This document shows positions 44,389-53,906 of a DNA stretch of 58,922 nt, piece after piece. Every line of letters begins with the position of its first letter. Position 1 is the first letter of the stretch. Both the position numbers and the translations under genes were made by a program. The stretch is from Bryobacteraceae bacterium (GTDB lineage Bacteria; Acidobacteriota; Terriglobia; Bryobacterales; Bryobacteraceae), in assembly GCA_049802535.1 (NCBI GenBank), contig JBARMQ010000462.1, forward strand, positions 1 through 58,922. Direction: 5' to 3'. The notes below the pieces were generated by a model that had not been told where the DNA came from, did not search any database, and saw only the letters and a list, made by a program, of their open reading frames with translations.

Positions 44389-46119
44389 TCACCACGATGC
44401 GGCCGCCGCTTCCGCCTGACGCTTCACCAGCAGAATCGTAAAGTCATCCGCGAACGCCCATTGGCCGCTCCAATCGCGCACTTTCCCAAGCAGCGATTCG
44501 ATCATTTCCTCGGCCGGCCGATCTTTATGCGATAGCAGGAAATGCGCCAACCGTTCATCTCCGAACTCTTCCTCGCTCTTGCGCGCCCGCGCTTCCGTGA
44601 CGCCGTCGCTAAATAGCACCAGCACGTCGCCCGGCATCATGTCTACCTGGTACGCCTGATACTGCGCATTCGCCACAATGCCCAGCACCATGCCGTTCCC
44701 GCGCAGTTGCTCCACCGAACCATCCGCCCGTATCAACAGCGGATAGTTGTGGCCCGCATTGGCGTAGAGCATCCGGCCGGTTGACGGCTCAAGCAAGCCG
44801 TAAAACACAGTCACGAACCTGCCCAGCGGACACCGCGGAGCGATATTGCGGTTTAGCGCCTCAACAGCCGCCGCTGGCTCCGGGCTGGTTTCGGCCAACA
44901 TGTGCACGCGGGCCTGTAGGCTCGACATCATGAGTGCGGCCGGCAATCCCTTGCCCGCAACGTCCCCAACGACCAGGCCCATCCGGCCGTCCGTGTAAGG
45001 CAGGTAGTCGTAGTAGTCTCCGCCGACGGTGCGGCACGGTAAATTCGACCCGGCAAGTTCATAGCCCGGGCATTTCGGAATTTCTGTGGGCAGCAGACTG
45101 CGTTGGATCTCGCTTGCCTGGTTGAACTCCGACTCCATCAGCTTCTCGGATTGTTCTACCTGTGCCAGGCGCGCATGCTCGATTCGTATGGCGGCGACAT
45201 TGGCCATTACCGTCAGTAGGTCCAAATCTTCTTGGGTAAACGGCCGTATTAATGCACCCGTGTCCACATAGATCAGTCCAATCACCCGGTCGCCCGTTTG
45301 CAATGGCACGGCCATGATGCTGCGTACTCGCTGAGTAACAATGCTGTTCTGCTCCCGAAACGCCGCATCCACCTGCGCATCGCTGATCATTAACGAACAC
45401 TTCTCGCTTAATACGCGATCGCGCACCGATGTGCTGATGGTAAATCCCTCGCCCTTACTCGCGCGCAGCACCAGTTCGCCGTCTTCCAGCGTCAAAATAA
45501 CGCCGCGCATCGCCTCGACCGCCGCCAAAGACAAATCCAAAATGACGCGAAAAACTTCCTCCAACGGACGATGGCTCGCCAATTCCTGGCCCGCGTGAAT
45601 CAGGGCCCGAACGACACGCGCCGTACTCAGGGTGGAATCGCGGGAAAGCCGGGCTTGTCCAGTCGTCTGGCCCAAGACTTTTTCAAGATTCGTAACTACC
45701 GTCGCTTCGCGCAAGAATTGGTCGTTCTGCGCGACGAAGGCAATCAACCGATTTCCGGTGGAACCACTTTTCGAAATGGGAGCAACGGGCGGTGGTGGAG
45801 TAATTCCTGTAATCGCCGCGGACGTACCGCCCGATTCGCGTATCTCAATGACTAAGTGCCCCGCGTAAATGCGATCTCCCGGGCGCAGCCGATGAGCCTC
45901 TTTTAAGCTCATCGCGTTGACGATGGTTCCGTTACGGCTGGCGCAGTCCTTGACGAACCACTTATCGTCCTGGCGCTCAAAGCGCAGGTGAGCCCGCGAT
46001 AACCACGGATCCTCCGGATACGCCAAGTCGTTATCCGCCGAACGCCCAAGCGAGACGGCCTCCGCCTCTAGCGGTACCGTGGTTGAGGATCCTTCCGGTC
46101 CTGAAATCAACAATTCCAT
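44389..46119 (-). CDS. FHA - GAF - PP2C/SpoIIE-type serine phosphatase
   Basis: N-terminal FHA (VSLGRSADNDLAYPEDPWLSRAHLRFERQDDKWFVKDCASRNGTIVN), a central GAF-like region, and C-terminal EIQRSLLP...GGDYYDY...VGDVAGKGLPAALMMS...FSDGVTEA. Confidence 0.85.
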   Translation of the reverse strand: MELLISGPEGSSTTVPLEAEAVSLGRSADNDLAYPEDPWLSRAHLRFERQDDKWFVKDCASRNGTIVNAMSLKEAHRLRPGDRIYAGHLVIEIRESGGTSAAITGITPPPPVAPISKSGSTGNRLIAFVAQNDQFLREATVVTNLEKVLGQTTGQARLSRDSTLSTARVVRALIHAGQELASHRPLEEVFRVILDLSLAAVEAMRGVILTLEDGELVLRASKGEGFTISTSVRDRVLSEKCSLMISDAQVDAAFREQNSIVTQRVRSIMAVPLQTGDRVIGLIYVDTGALIRPFTQEDLDLLTVMANVAAIRIEHARLAQVEQSEKLMESEFNQASEIQRSLLPTEIPKCPGYELAGSNLPCRTVGGDYYDYLPYTDGRMGLVVGDVAGKGLPAALMMSSLQARVHMLAETSPEPAAAVEALNRNIAPRCPLGRFVTVFYGLLEPSTGRMLYANAGHNYPLLIRADGSVEQLRGNGMVLGIVANAQYQAYQVDMMPGDVLVLFSDGVTEARARKSEEEFGDERLAHFLLSHKDRPAEEMIESLLGKVRDWSGQWAFADDFTILLVKRQAEAAAASW

Positions 46120-46291
46120 CTGCCGATTTCTAAGCTAACATCACGACGTCCCAACTAGCGTTGCTTTTCTAAGGCCGCCCGGAAGGAAAGTTTGTTCACG
46201 CTGTCGCAGGCCCCCTCCAAGTACTAGAGAGTTCCCGCTGTTCGCTTGAGTGGCAATCTTGGTGCCGTGCCGTCTTCCGCGTCTTCAAAAC

Positions 46292-47617
46292 TTATCGCTT
46301 TTCCGATGTCTCCAAAGCTTCGGCTTCCTCAACCCTGCCAGCGCTTGAGGAACCGGTGATCAGCCGCGCCCCCCTGCCGTATGTCAGATACTGCAGTCCC
46401 CATTGCACAAACACCAAAACACGGCTCTGAAACTCCACGATGTACATCAAGTGTATGAACAGCCAGACCAGCCACGCGGGAAGGCCGGCCAAATGAAGCC
46501 CGAAGACTTCGGCCACCGCACTGGCCCGGCCAATCACAGCAATATTGCCTTTATCGAAGTAATGGAACGGCTGAACGGGTTTCCGCTTGAGCTTTTTGAT
46601 GATGGTGTTCGCCGCATACTTGCCGCCCTGCATCGCCACCTGCGCCACGCCTGGCAGTGGTTGGCCCTTCTTGTTCTTCCCGGATTCCAGGTCGCCGACC
46701 GCATAAATGTCCGGAAAACCGGGGACCGTCAAATCGGGCTCTACCAGGATCTTTCCCGATTTTTCGGTCGGCGCCCCGGTACGCCGGGCCAGCGTCCGGC
46801 CAAAGGGTGAAAGGGCCACACCCGCCGCCCACAACACCGTCTTTGAGCAAATGCTGTCATGCTTGCCCAGCTTGTCCTCGACAATTACACCCTGTCCGTC
46901 AACGCATATCACCTTCAGGCCGCCGCGAAAGCGGACGCCCAGGTGAATCAACGATTCTTCAGCCTTTCGGGACAAATCCTGCGGAAAATTGGCCAGGACG
47001 CGCGTTCCCGGGTCGACAATCAGGATCTTTGCTTCCTGCGGCCGTATCGATCGGAATTCGTGCTTTAACGTATGATTGGCAATCTCGCCGAGAGCCCCGC
47101 CCAACTCCACTCCCGTCGCTCCGCCGCCAACGATCACAAACGTCAGCCACGCCCTTCGCTCTTCTAAATCTGTCGTGCGCTCTGCAATCTCGAACGCCAG
47201 CAGAATTCTCTGCCGCACATTGGTCGCATCCTCAACCGACTTCAGTGGGGGGGCCCATTGTTTCCATTCGTCATGGCCGAAATAGACGCTCTGCGACCCG
47301 GTCGCAACGATTAACGAGTCGTATTCAACTTGGGCGCCGTCTTTGAGCAGGACTTTCTTGCCCTGGGGATCAATGTCCACCGCCTCACCCAGCAAAACCT
47401 GCGTATTCTTCTGCTTGCTCAGCACGCCGCGCAAGGGCGCCGCGATCTCGCCTGGCGACAACGATCCAGTTGCCACCTGATACAGCAACGGTTGAAACAA
47501 ATGAAAATTTCGCTGGTCGATTAACGTCACTGCTACCGGCGCGTGCTTAAGGGCCTGGGCGGCGTAGAGTCCACCAAAGCCACCTCCTAAAATCACGACT
47601 CGATGTTCGGCTGCCAT
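46292..47617 (-). CDS. ndh: Type II NADH dehydrogenase (NDH-2)
   Basis: Motifs VVILGGGFGGLYAAQAL, FVIVGGGATGVELGGAL and IYAVGD, with a C-terminal hydrophobic segment. Confidence 0.85.
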   Translation of the reverse strand: MAAEHRVVILGGGFGGLYAAQALKHAPVAVTLIDQRNFHLFQPLLYQVATGSLSPGEIAAPLRGVLSKQKNTQVLLGEAVDIDPQGKKVLLKDGAQVEYDSLIVATGSQSVYFGHDEWKQWAPPLKSVEDATNVRQRILLAFEIAERTTDLEERRAWLTFVIVGGGATGVELGGALGEIANHTLKHEFRSIRPQEAKILIVDPGTRVLANFPQDLSRKAEESLIHLGVRFRGGLKVICVDGQGVIVEDKLGKHDSICSKTVLWAAGVALSPFGRTLARRTGAPTEKSGKILVEPDLTVPGFPDIYAVGDLESGKNKKGQPLPGVAQVAMQGGKYAANTIIKKLKRKPVQPFHYFDKGNIAVIGRASAVAEVFGLHLAGLPAWLVWLFIHLMYIVEFQSRVLVFVQWGLQYLTYGRGARLITGSSSAGRVEEAEALETSEKR

Positions 47618-47658
47618 GGACTTTTAGATGTCCCGGCTACAGAATTTGACGCCCGGAA

Positions 47659-49740
47659 TCATCCGTCGCTCTCCGGCTGTTCAACCCCTGGCAGACTGAA
47701 CGAAATTTGTGCGCCTTGTTCTATATTTGCGTCCACCCAAATCCGTCCCCCATATCGTTCGAGGATTTTCTGGCAAATCGCGAGACCAATGCCGGTTCCC
47801 GGATATTGTTCCGTCCCGTGCAGCCTTTTGAAAAGTCCGAAAATCTGTCGCGCATATTGCGGATCGATGCCGATACCGTTGTCTCGTACCGAGATCACCC
47901 ACTCCTCATTCCGAGGTGTCGCGAAAATGGAAATCTGTGGACGCTTTGCGCTCCGATATTTTAAAGAATTGCCAATGAGGTTTTGGAAAAGTTGCGTGAG
48001 ATGCACTTCATCAACGGCTAACTTCGGTAGTTGTCCGGTGACCTCGATTATTGCGTTGGTGCTTCGTATCGAGCTGTGCAATTGTGAAAGGGCTTTGTCG
48101 AGCGCCGCCCGGGTGTCTATCGGGGGCGCGTCCGTCGCCGCTGGCGCGCTTCCCGCCTTCACGTATAGCAGCAAGTCGCGCATCATTTCTTCCATGCGCT
48201 TGGCGCTATCCACCACCAGTTGAATCATCTCTTGCGAGTCTCGATCGAAGCGGCCCGAATTACGTCTTGCAAAAAGCTGTGTGAACATAATCACATTCCG
48301 CAACGGCTCCTGCAAATCGTGACTCGCCGAGTAAGCAAACTGACTCAGGTCTTCATTCGCCTGCCGCAGCGCTACCTCCGATCGCTTTCGCTCATCGATG
48401 TCAGTGAAGGTGCCAAACCATTTCTGCGGCGCCCCTGTGTCGTCCCTTACCGGGATCGCCCGGCAAAGATACCAGACGAAATGTCCGGTGTATGCATTTC
48501 GCACCCGGCACTCTACCTGGAACCCTTCGCCGTCCTGCCGCGTGCGATCCCACGCACTTTCAAAATATTCCAGATCTTCTGGATGGAGAACCGCCGGCCA
48601 CAAATCCTCCGTTCGGCCCTTAGGCAGCAGGCCCACGCGTTCGCGCCAACGTTCGTTGCCGTAATCAAGCGCGCCATCGGGTGTTGCAGTCCACACGATC
48701 TGAGGCATGGAATCCGCTAACTGCCGATATCGCTTCGCCGACTCTTCGATCATTCGTTCGGTTCGCCGGCGTTCGCTGACGTCCCGAAACACCATGACCA
48801 CGCCGCTAAACTTTCTCTCGTCCCCCAAGATCGGCGCGCCGCTATCGTCAATCGGAATTTCTTTGCCATCGCGGCGAATCAACAGCGTGTGGTTGGCCAG
48901 GGCGGAGATCGCGAGCGACCGGCGCACTTTTTCAACCGGGCTCTCTACCGTCTCGTGTGTCCCCTCCCTTACGATCTGGAAGACTTCACTCACTGGTTTT
49001 CCATGGGCCTCCGCTGCCGGCCAACCCGTCAGCCCCTCGGCAACCGGGTTTAAGAACTGAACGTTGCCCCCAACATCAGTCGTGATCACCGCATCGCCAA
49101 TGCTCTTCAGCGTCACTTCCAAGGTATGCCGCGCCGCCTCCTTCTCGGCCCTTGATTCCCGCAACTCGGCAATCAAGCCTTCTCGCCGCTCGGCAATCGC
49201 GCCAATCGTGAAGCTGCTGAAGCACAAAAATACAAATAAGGCTGCGCTTCCAATGCTCGCTACTGCCAAAGTGCGGCTCTCAAGCTGATCCTCCCGCCCG
49301 CTTCTTTGCTTCAGTACCCTGTCTTCATATCGAATCGCGCCTTTGACGATGCCGCGGATCCGCTCCATATCGTCGCGGCCGCGATTCGTATTTACTACCG
49401 CTAAGCCGGCTTCGGGACCGAGCTGGTCATGCTGCCGGATCGCAAAGGCCAACTCGCTCATCTTCGCTTGTGTCAAACGGCGCAGCGATTGCGCCGTTTG
49501 CGGATCCAGTTGCGGCTCGAGAGCGTCCATCCTTTCAGGAACAGCCGTCAGAGCTTCCAGGTAGGGCCTCAGATACTCGCGATTATTGGTCAATAGATAG
49601 CCGCGCTGTCCCGTTTCGGCCTGGGTCACCGATGATTGGAAAGCGTCCAGATCTTCGATCAACAGCTGCGCCCGATCGCTGGCCTCGCGGCTTCGCTCCA
49701 GCTCCGACCAGTTCCGAGCGGAAACGATGACGATCGCCAC
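47659..49740 (-). CDS. Sensor histidine kinase: CHASE3-like sensor, TM helix, two PAS domains, HisKA, HATPase_c
   Basis: Motifs QAETGQRGYLLTNNREYLRPY (CHASE3), GDAVITTDVGGNVQFLNPVAEGLTGW and MPQIVWTATPDGALDYGN (PAS), FAYSASHDLQEPLRN (H-box) and GTGIGLAICQKILERYGGRIWV. The true start is probably upstream of the track's GTG (see findings). Confidence 0.88.
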   Translation of the reverse strand: MAIVIVSARNWSELERSREASDRAQLLIEDLDAFQSSVTQAETGQRGYLLTNNREYLRPYLEALTAVPERMDALEPQLDPQTAQSLRRLTQAKMSELAFAIRQHDQLGPEAGLAVVNTNRGRDDMERIRGIVKGAIRYEDRVLKQRSGREDQLESRTLAVASIGSAALFVFLCFSSFTIGAIAERREGLIAELRESRAEKEAARHTLEVTLKSIGDAVITTDVGGNVQFLNPVAEGLTGWPAAEAHGKPVSEVFQIVREGTHETVESPVEKVRRSLAISALANHTLLIRRDGKEIPIDDSGAPILGDERKFSGVVMVFRDVSERRRTERMIEESAKRYRQLADSMPQIVWTATPDGALDYGNERWRERVGLLPKGRTEDLWPAVLHPEDLEYFESAWDRTRQDGEGFQVECRVRNAYTGHFVWYLCRAIPVRDDTGAPQKWFGTFTDIDERKRSEVALRQANEDLSQFAYSASHDLQEPLRNVIMFTQLFARRNSGRFDRDSQEMIQLVVDSAKRMEEMMRDLLLYVKAGSAPAATDAPPIDTRAALDKALSQLHSSIRSTNAIIEVTGQLPKLAVDEVHLTQLFQNLIGNSLKYRSAKRPQISIFATPRNEEWVISVRDNGIGIDPQYARQIFGLFKRLHGTEQYPGTGIGLAICQKILERYGGRIWVDANIEQGAQISFSLPGVEQPESDG

Positions 49741-49869
49741 CAGCAGAAGGGCGGCAAAAATGAGCTGTAGAGTCTCGGATGGACGTAATCGTCTACTCGG
49801 CAGGTCCTACCTCCAACGAGGCTTCCTGGCTGGAAGTCGCCATTTTAAGCCATCAATCGCGTAGACGCC

Positions 49870-50286
49870 CTAGGCCGAAGAATGCTTCCGCAATATTCGA
49901 TATACCCGACGCATTCCAGGATCGGCAATCGCGTTCGCTTCATCGTCGTGGGACGATGTTTCACTCTCGAGGGATTCAACGCGCTGCGGCTGCCGGCGCG
50001 GGATGGCGATTCGAAACTCCAGGTCCTCGACGAAGGTACTTCCCGTTAATTTTCGGAGGCGTCCCAAAATCTGTGCAGTCAACCGGTGCAATTGACGCTG
50101 CCAGATCGCGTCTTCGACTTCCACTACCAGCGTTGCCCGCACCAGCCGTATCCGCGACGTGTGCGTCGCAATCACCTTGCCTACCGCTTCAGGCCATATC
50201 GCCCGCGCAACTTCCTCGCCGCAGGCAAGGTCTTTGGCCAGCTTGCTGTTCTGAAACAAACTCACTGCTCTTTGCATTCGGGACAA
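49870..50286 (-). CDS. DUF721 / DciA-like protein
   Basis: ARAIWPEAVGKVIATHTSRIRLVRATLVVEVEDAIWQRQLHRLTAQILGRL is the typical DUF721 core. Confidence 0.65.
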   Translation of the reverse strand: MSRMQRAVSLFQNSKLAKDLACGEEVARAIWPEAVGKVIATHTSRIRLVRATLVVEVEDAIWQRQLHRLTAQILGRLRKLTGSTFVEDLEFRIAIPRRQPQRVESLESETSSHDDEANAIADPGMRRVYRILRKHSSA

Positions 50287-50411
50287 CCAATTTCTGAATC
50301 AGGGGGAGGAGGCGAAAAACCGCAGGTCCTCAGGGTATCACGTCCCCGCCGCCGATATTTGCTTTGAGGTACGCCGCACCGTGCTTCGATATAGTCTCAA
50401 AGGCGACCTCT

Positions 50412-51404
50412 ATGTTTACCGTACACAGCGATTCCACGGCGATTGTGCTGTGCGTTCTCACCATGATCGGCTGGGGCTCTTGGGCAAATACGCAAAAGCT
50501 CGCGCGCCGTGGCGCGTGGCCGTTTGAGCTTTTCTATTGGGATTACTCCATCGGAGTTGCGCTTACCGGCCTGCTCCTCTGTGTCACTTTAGGCGCCGCC
50601 GGCACGGCCGGTATGCCCGCATTTTCAAATTTGCAAACCGCCTCAACGTCCGCCGAGGCACGCGCCCTTGTGAGCGGCGCCATCTTTAACCTCGCTAACA
50701 TTTTGCTGGTCGCGGCCATTGATGCAGCCGGAATGTCCGTCGCCTTCCCGGTCGGCATCGGCCTGGCGCTCGTCATCGGCACTGGCTTAAGTTATGCTCA
50801 GGTCCCCAAGGGCAATGTCGTACTCATTACGCTGGGAGTCCTCGCGATCCTTGTCGCCATGATCGTCTCGGCAATTGCCCATGGACGCCTGCGGCACGCG
50901 ACCAACAGCCGTCGATCCGGCCTCCTTTTCGCCATCGCAGCGGGTTTACTAATGGGCTTCTTCTATCCGCAATTGATGCGATCCATTTCTCCCGACTTCA
51001 ACAATCGGCCGATCGTACCGGGCATGTTAACGCCTTATACGTCTTTGCTGTTCTTTGGCATCGGGGTAGTCATCAGCTCCATTCCGATTAACGGCTGGTT
51101 CATGCGCTCTCGTCATTCACGCTTCTCCGATTATTTGCGCGCCCGGCCGGTGGTTCACCTCCCCGGCATCCTCGGCGGAGTGATTTGGATGGTCGCGTTA
51201 GGCCTCAATGTCATCGCCTCCGGAGTCGCTGGACCCGCTATCTCCTACGCTCTCGGCCAAGGCGCGACGCTCATTGCGGCGCTGTGGGGGGTTTTCGTCT
51301 GGCGAGAATTTCGCGCAGCACCGGCGGGAACGAACCGCCTTGTCGCCTTGATGTTCGCCGCCTATGCCGTCGGTATCGTACTCATCGGCCGCGCCACGCT
51401 GTGA
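50412..51404 (+). CDS. DMT-superfamily 10-TM permease, GRP/ureide-permease-like
   Basis: The ATG at 50412 gives MFTVHSDSTAIVLCVLTMIGWGSWANTQKLARRGAWPFELFYWDYSIG, with ALWGVFVWREFR near the C-terminus. It sits next to the uricase operon. Confidence 0.65.
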   Translation: MFTVHSDSTAIVLCVLTMIGWGSWANTQKLARRGAWPFELFYWDYSIGVALTGLLLCVTLGAAGTAGMPAFSNLQTASTSAEARALVSGAIFNLANILLVAAIDAAGMSVAFPVGIGLALVIGTGLSYAQVPKGNVVLITLGVLAILVAMIVSAIAHGRLRHATNSRRSGLLFAIAAGLLMGFFYPQLMRSISPDFNNRPIVPGMLTPYTSLLFFGIGVVISSIPINGWFMRSRHSRFSDYLRARPVVHLPGILGGVIWMVALGLNVIASGVAGPAISYALGQGATLIAALWGVFVWREFRAAPAGTNRLVALMFAAYAVGIVLIGRATL

Positions 51405-51419
51405 CGTCCGCGCTCACGT

Positions 51420-52253
51420 TCAGTTAGAGGCCCGGATGCGGGCTTCTATGTAGCCCGAAGGCTCATCTGTCGGCACAAAAATCTGATTCGGGTTGTCTAA
51501 GCCGAATCGGGATAGATCAAACAGCAGCCGGTGCTTATTGGGCATAACTAAGTGGATCTCTGCGAGCACCGCATGCGTGGCTAGCGCCTGTTCCGCCATT
51601 GCATACAGAGTCTCTTGCACCGACCGGCTGGTGTGCGCCGCAAAGCTGTCAAGCAGCGTTTGTCTAACTGCCGTGTGTGTCGCGTTAAAGTCAATCGCCC
51701 CTGACCGATATGTCCAGTGCGCGTCTAAGACCGTCCCCAACAATCGATCATGGGTCTCGGGAAGCGTGGTGTACTCATCCTTTATGTAATCGGCGAAGCC
51801 GGAGTTACCGGTTTTCAGAATTTCTAAGTCGCTTATGCCAGATGTGTAGACTTCCCGTTCCCGATCGGCGTCAACGGCGGCGGAACGGGTCTCCTCCCCA
51901 TTCTTCAGGAAGGCCGTAGCGTAGGACCCGATCCGGCCCCACAACGTTTGCTCAATTTCAACCTTTACCTTGCGAAGCGGTGGCACATGCGAAAGAAAAT
52001 GCCGCGCCAAGTCGCCGGCGAACGCCTCGATGCTATCGATGCGGCGTTTCCGGGCTAGCGCATAAACCGTATTTTTCATCGTGTCGGTTGGCAAAATGCT
52101 GCTGTTATCGCCAGCCGTATACGACTTCTCGAAGCCGCCTTCAAATAGAATGCGAACTGAGATCTCCAAAACCTCGTGTGCGCCGTTATCCCGCAATACC
52201 TGTGTTAGTCGAACGCGCGTCTTACCGTACGTGTCGAACGTTAAATTGGCCAT
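51420..52253 (-). CDS. uox: Urate oxidase (cofactor-independent uricase)
   Basis: YGKTRVRLTQVLRDNGAHEVLEISV...NSSILPTDTMKNTVYALAR, a two T-fold repeat architecture. Confidence 0.9.
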   Translation of the reverse strand: MANLTFDTYGKTRVRLTQVLRDNGAHEVLEISVRILFEGGFEKSYTAGDNSSILPTDTMKNTVYALARKRRIDSIEAFAGDLARHFLSHVPPLRKVKVEIEQTLWGRIGSYATAFLKNGEETRSAAVDADREREVYTSGISDLEILKTGNSGFADYIKDEYTTLPETHDRLLGTVLDAHWTYRSGAIDFNATHTAVRQTLLDSFAAHTSRSVQETLYAMAEQALATHAVLAEIHLVMPNKHRLLFDLSRFGLDNPNQIFVPTDEPSGYIEARIRASN

Positions 52254-52256
52254 TCG

Positions 52257-52574
52257 TTAACTCCCGCGATACGTCGTAAATCCGAACGGACTGATCAGCA
52301 GCGGCACGTGATAATGCGCCGATGAATCGCGTACCGCAAACGTGATACTGACTTCCGGATAGAAGCCATCGGGAAATCTGTCCGCAATTTCAAAAACGAT
52401 ACGGTAAACGCCTGTCGTAAGATCCGTCCCTTTGTCCAACAGAGTTGCGCACCGGCCATCGGCATTCGTAACGCCGGATCCGATCTCGGTCTCGCCGGAG
52501 AACAGCCGCACGCGCACATTCTTCGCGGGCTGTCCCACAGACGTATCCAGGACATGAGTCGAAATGGTGCTCAT
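52257..52574 (-). CDS. uraH: 5-hydroxyisourate hydrolase (transthyretin-like)
   Basis: STHVLDTSVGQPAKNVRVRL...YHVPLLISPFGFTTYRGS, including the C-terminal YRGS signature. Confidence 0.92.
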   Translation of the reverse strand: MSTISTHVLDTSVGQPAKNVRVRLFSGETEIGSGVTNADGRCATLLDKGTDLTTGVYRIVFEIADRFPDGFYPEVSITFAVRDSSAHYHVPLLISPFGFTTYRGS

Positions 52575-53056
52575 TCGGCGAGCATCTTCCGAAGCCGTAG
52601 GCGGGTGATCTTCGCCTGTTCTTGCGCGGCAATCCGCATCTCCGCCGCCGGTTCATTCCCTATTCGCTGGTCGATCGCCGACAGCATCTCTTCAGCCGTC
52701 TTTCCCGTGGCGCACACGATGAAAATAAACCCAAATCTGTTCTCGTACTCGACATTCCGTTGGTACATCCGCTCTGCCGCATCTCGGCCCGCTTCCGTCA
52801 TGCCAACCTGCTCGGCAGCCGGCCATTTCGCGTTGTCCCGTTGCTGTCCAATTTTGGGGTGCTTCGCAAACGCGTCGAGCCAGTCCTGATCGGTCAACTG
52901 CCACCACACTTCTTCTGCTTGCGCTTCGAATGCCTCCGCGTCTGCGAATGGCCGGTTTGCCACCATTCGCATGGCCCAGGCCTCCGATCCGCAACAGGCC
53001 AGCAACACTTCGCGTGCATGTTCCTCCCGCGCCCCGTTCAAATCATGCAAGGTCAT
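52571..53056 (-). CDS. uraD: 2-oxo-4-hydroxy-4-carboxy-5-ureidoimidazoline (OHCU) decarboxylase
   Basis: Motifs MTLHDLNGAREEHAREVLLACCGSEAWAMRMVANRPF, AFAKHPKIGQ and FIFIVCATGKTAEEML. An alternative ATG at 53077 is the track start. Confidence 0.85.
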   Translation of the reverse strand: MTLHDLNGAREEHAREVLLACCGSEAWAMRMVANRPFADAEAFEAQAEEVWWQLTDQDWLDAFAKHPKIGQQRDNAKWPAAEQVGMTEAGRDAAERMYQRNVEYENRFGFIFIVCATGKTAEEMLSAIDQRIGNEPAAEMRIAAQEQAKITRLRLRKMLAE

Positions 53057-53906
53057 CGCGCCCCAGCAGAAATTCATCCAGCAAGTTCAACGCCACTTGC
53101 AACCGGTACTCGCTCGTCGACCGGATGTCGTCGATCGGCTGAATTTCGCTACGCAGCGTCGCTCGGGCCCGCTCCAGCGTCTGAGGATTTAGCATCTGCC
53201 CGCACAGAGCCTCCTCGGTTTTCAAGCATCTCAGCGGTACCGGTGCAACACTGCCCAGCCCTATTCGCACGTCCAGAATGCGGCCGTCCTTCATGTTCGC
53301 TGCAGCCGCCATCCATACTTTCGCAATGGCCTGAGCCTTACGCGCGCCCACTTTGCGGCTGTATTGGCGTGTCCAACGTTGCCGTGGCAGGCGGATGCTC
53401 AAAATCATTTCGTCCGGCGTCATTTCCATGCGTTTATAACCGCTATGGAAATCTTTCATCGCAACTCGCCGTCGTCCGCGTTGTGATGCAAGCTCCAATT
53501 CCGCGTCGTATACCAGCAGCGCAGGCGCCGAATCTGCCGCCGGCGAAGCATTCGCAATGTTGCCGCCGAGCGTACCGCGATTTTGATTCGCGATACTGCC
53601 CGTCCAACTCGCCGCCGTCACAAGCAATGGAAACGCCCCGCACAAAATAGCGCTCCTTCGAATCTGCGTGTACGTAGCGGTGGCGCCAATGCGTAGTTCG
53701 TTCTCGCTTTCTTCGATCGCCCGCAACTCCGAAATGCTTCTGATTCCGACAAGCCTCCGAAAGCTTAACTTACCGGCGTTAAACAGCACCATGAGGTCCG
53801 TTCCGCCCGCAATCGGCCGCCATCCTTCGCCATTCGACAGCAGATTCAGCGCCGTCGGCAGGTCCCTCGCCGCAACCATTGCATACTCACCGGCATGTGA
53901 CCTCAC
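53043..53906 (-). CDS. Xanthine dehydrogenase family, FAD-binding (medium) subunit
   Basis: Motifs WRPIAGGTDLMV, ANQNRGTLGGNIANASPAADS and a CO-dehydrogenase flavoprotein C-terminal pattern (DIRSTSEYR). Confidence 0.88.
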   Translation of the reverse strand: MRSHAGEYAMVAARDLPTALNLLSNGEGWRPIAGGTDLMVLFNAGKLSFRRLVGIRSISELRAIEESENELRIGATATYTQIRRSAILCGAFPLLVTAASWTGSIANQNRGTLGGNIANASPAADSAPALLVYDAELELASQRGRRRVAMKDFHSGYKRMEMTPDEMILSIRLPRQRWTRQYSRKVGARKAQAIAKVWMAAAANMKDGRILDVRIGLGSVAPVPLRCLKTEEALCGQMLNPQTLERARATLRSEIQPIDDIRSTSEYRLQVALNLLDEFLLGRDDLA

